NCBI RefSeq assembly: GCF_028641065.1
Contig: NC_073400.1
Coordinates: forward strand, 29,698,001-29,762,000
Length of the DNA stretch: 64,000 nucleotides
Direction: 5' to 3'
Source: Leucoraja erinacea
Taxonomy: Eukaryota
Under the pieces are notes generated by a model that was not told the DNA's origin, searched no databases, and saw only the letters and a program-made list of their open reading frames with translations. The translations under genes were made by a program, and so were the position numbers. Positions 61,516 to 64,000 of the stretch are shown in pieces (positions within the stretch are counted from its first letter, which is position 1; each line of letters starts with the position of its first letter).

Positions 61516-62329
61516 GTAAGTTGACGATCTCTCCTCACTCTCCCAGATGTGAAAATTCCAGCCTGTGAATTCCCGGCCTCGGTCCTGACGGTGACTCGGT
61601 GCCACATCCCCGGGGGGTCGCGGTAAGGGGGTTGGGTGGATAACTCACTTACTGGGGTCCCGGCCCGTGGGGCCACACCAAGAGCTCACTGTCGCTGGAG
61701 CAGTATGGGGGGGGGGGGGGGGGGGGCTGTCAGACACCAGCCCCACGGAAGGTCCCATCTACCGGCGGTTCTGTTGCTGACGGCTCATTTCCACGAAGAC
61801 GATCGCTCCGGGACCAGAACCTCTGCCGCCCCCTCACTGGGGCAGGTGGCGGGAAACCCGGGTGGAGATAGGTGTCAATGGGGGAGGGGGCAGGTTAGTA
61901 GAAGATACTTAAAATTAGAGAACCAACGTTCAAACCGTTGGGTTGTAAACTACCTGAGCCCAATATGAGGTGCGGTTCCTCCAATTTGCATGTGGCCTCA
62001 CTCTGGCAATGGAGGAGGCCCAGGACAGAAAGGTCAGTGTGGGAATGGGAAGGGACATGGACAGGGTTGGCAACCGGGAGATCAAGAATGGTCCCGACCC
62101 GAAAAGGACACCTATCCATTTTCTCCAGAGATTCTGCCTGATCCGCCGAGTTACTCCAGCACTTTGTGTCTATCTTTGGTGTAAACCAGCACCTGCAGTT
62201 CCTTGCTACACATGATCTATGCGAAACCATGAACCTGTCTGAACAGCGCAAATGACATGTTTTTTATTGTTAAACCTCAGCTTGTGTTACTGCAGTGTGA
62301 GTGATCTTTCATCATTAATGTGTCCACAG

Positions 62330-62653
62330 GGTCAAGGGGAATAACTGGACCCGAGGAGGTGAGGGGACAGTTGGGGCAGTCGGTCACTGTGGAATGTCAG
62401 TATGGTCAGGAATACACTGACAACAAGAAGCTGTGGAGTAAAGGTGATTCTTACCGGAATTCTTATACTGTGTTTTCTACTGATGACCAACGACGAGGGA
62501 GAACATCGATGACTGATGACAAAGAACAACAGATAGTTTTAGTCACCATCGACAAGCTGAAGAAGAGTGATGAAGGACTCTACTGGTGTGTGATAGTAAA
62601 GGGAAACGATTCACTCATTGAATCGACCTCCATCTCATTGACGGTTTCTGAAG
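62330..62653 (+). CDS. Gene C Ig V exon C2
   Basis: CACAG|GG ... GAAG|GTAAGT, 324 nt, open frame. Confidence 0.92.
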
Positions 62654-63473
62654 GTAAGTTGACGATCTCTCCTCACTCTCCCAGATGTGAAAATTCCAGC
62701 CTGTGAATTCCCGGCCTCGGTCCTGATGGTGACTCGGTGCCACATCCCCGGGGGGGGGGGTCGCGGTAAGGGGGTTGGGTGGATAACTCACTTACTGGGG
62801 TCCCGGCCCGTGGGGCCACACCAAGAGCTCACTGTCGCTGGAGCAGTATGGGGGGGGGGGGGGGGGGGGACTGTCAGACACCAGCCCCACGGAAGGTCCC
62901 ATCTACCGGCGGTTCTGTTGCTGACGGCTCATTTCCACGAAGACGATCGCTCCGGGACCAGAACCTCTGCCGCCCCCTCACTGGGGCAGGTGGTGGGAAA
63001 CCCGGGTGGAGATAGGAGTCAATGGGGGAGGGGGCAGGTTAGTAGAAGATACTTAAAATTAGAGAACCAACGTTCAAACCGTTGGGTTGGAAACTACCTG
63101 AGCCCAATATGAGGTGCGGTTCCTCCAATTTGCATGTGGCCTCACTCTGGCAATGGAGGATGCCCAGGACAGAAAGGTCAGTGTGGGAATGGGAAGGGAC
63201 ATGGACAGGGTTGGCAACCGGGAGATCAAGAATGGTCCCGACCCGAAAAAGACACCTATCCATTTTCTCCAGAGATTCTGCCTGATCCGCCGGGTTACTC
63301 CAGCACTTTGTGTCTATCTTTGGTGTAAACCAGCACCTGCAGTTCCTTGCTACACATGATCTATGCGAAACCATGAACCTGTCTGAACAGCGCAAATGAC
63401 ATGTTTTTTATTGTTAAACCTCAGCTTGTGTTGCTGCAGTGTGAGTGATCGTTCATCATTAATGTGTCCACAG

Positions 63474-63797
63474 GGTCAAGGGGAATAACTGGACCCAAGG
63501 AGGTGAGGGGAGAGTTGGGGCAGTCGGTCACTGTGGAATGTCGGTATGGTCAGGAATACACTGACAACAAGAAGCTATGGAGTAAAGGTTATTATTACAC
63601 ACTATCTGATACCGTGGTTTCTACTGATGACTCACAACAAGGGAGAACATCGATGACTGATAACGAAACAAAACGGATAGTTTCAGTCACCATCGGCAAC
63701 CTGAAGAAGAGTGATGAAGGATACTACTGGTGTGTGATTGGAAAGGGAATATTTTCAAGCAATGAAAAGACCTCCATCTCATTGACGGTTTCTGAAG
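63474..63797 (+). CDS. Gene C Ig V exon C3
   Basis: CACAG|GG ... GAAG|GTACGT, 324 nt, open frame. Confidence 0.92.
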
Positions 63798-64000
63798 GTA
63801 CGTTGACGATCTCTCCTCACTCTCCCAGATGTGAACATTCCAGCCTGGGAATTCCCGGCCTCGGTCCTGACGGTGACTCGGTGCCACATCCCCAGGGGTC
63901 GGGGTGAAGGAGGGGGGAGCACATGAGCAGTGTGTGTGTGTGTGTGAGTGTGTGTGTGTGGGGGGGGGCTCATCAATGGGGACCGGCGGTTCTGCTGCTG

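Larger units (their letters stand above)
53790..64000 (+). repeat. Segmental duplication unit C (partial)
   Basis: 53790 onward matches 18059 onward, then colinear with A and B. Confidence 0.88.

Overview
Eukaryotic genomic DNA. The repeat content (CR1 LINEs, tRNA-derived HE1/V-SINE-like SINEs, Penelope and Rex-Babar remnants) suggests a cartilaginous fish, probably a skate or ray; this is inference. The window is a tandem segmental-duplication array with a unit of about 17-19 kb. It carries three + strand paralogues of a spliced CD300/pIgR-like (MDIR-like) immune receptor gene that the ORF track only shows in fragments. Reconstructed exon order: leader, then 2-3 phase-1/1 Ig V exons, a Ser/Thr mucin stalk, a TM exon with an intramembrane Arg, and an optional short tail exon. 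Gene A (1406-13617) has 3 V domains, gene B (20077-30795) has 2, and gene C (55787 to beyond the window end) has at least 3. All eight V exons are open. They lack the family's CX7C disulfide, and their variation is concentrated in three loops that occur in shuffled combinations. Region 35939-52853 is N-gaps plus G/T-only low-complexity sequence and is most likely an assembly artefact. It is flanked by an 18-bp direct overlap and is about one repeat unit long. There are no prokaryotic features.
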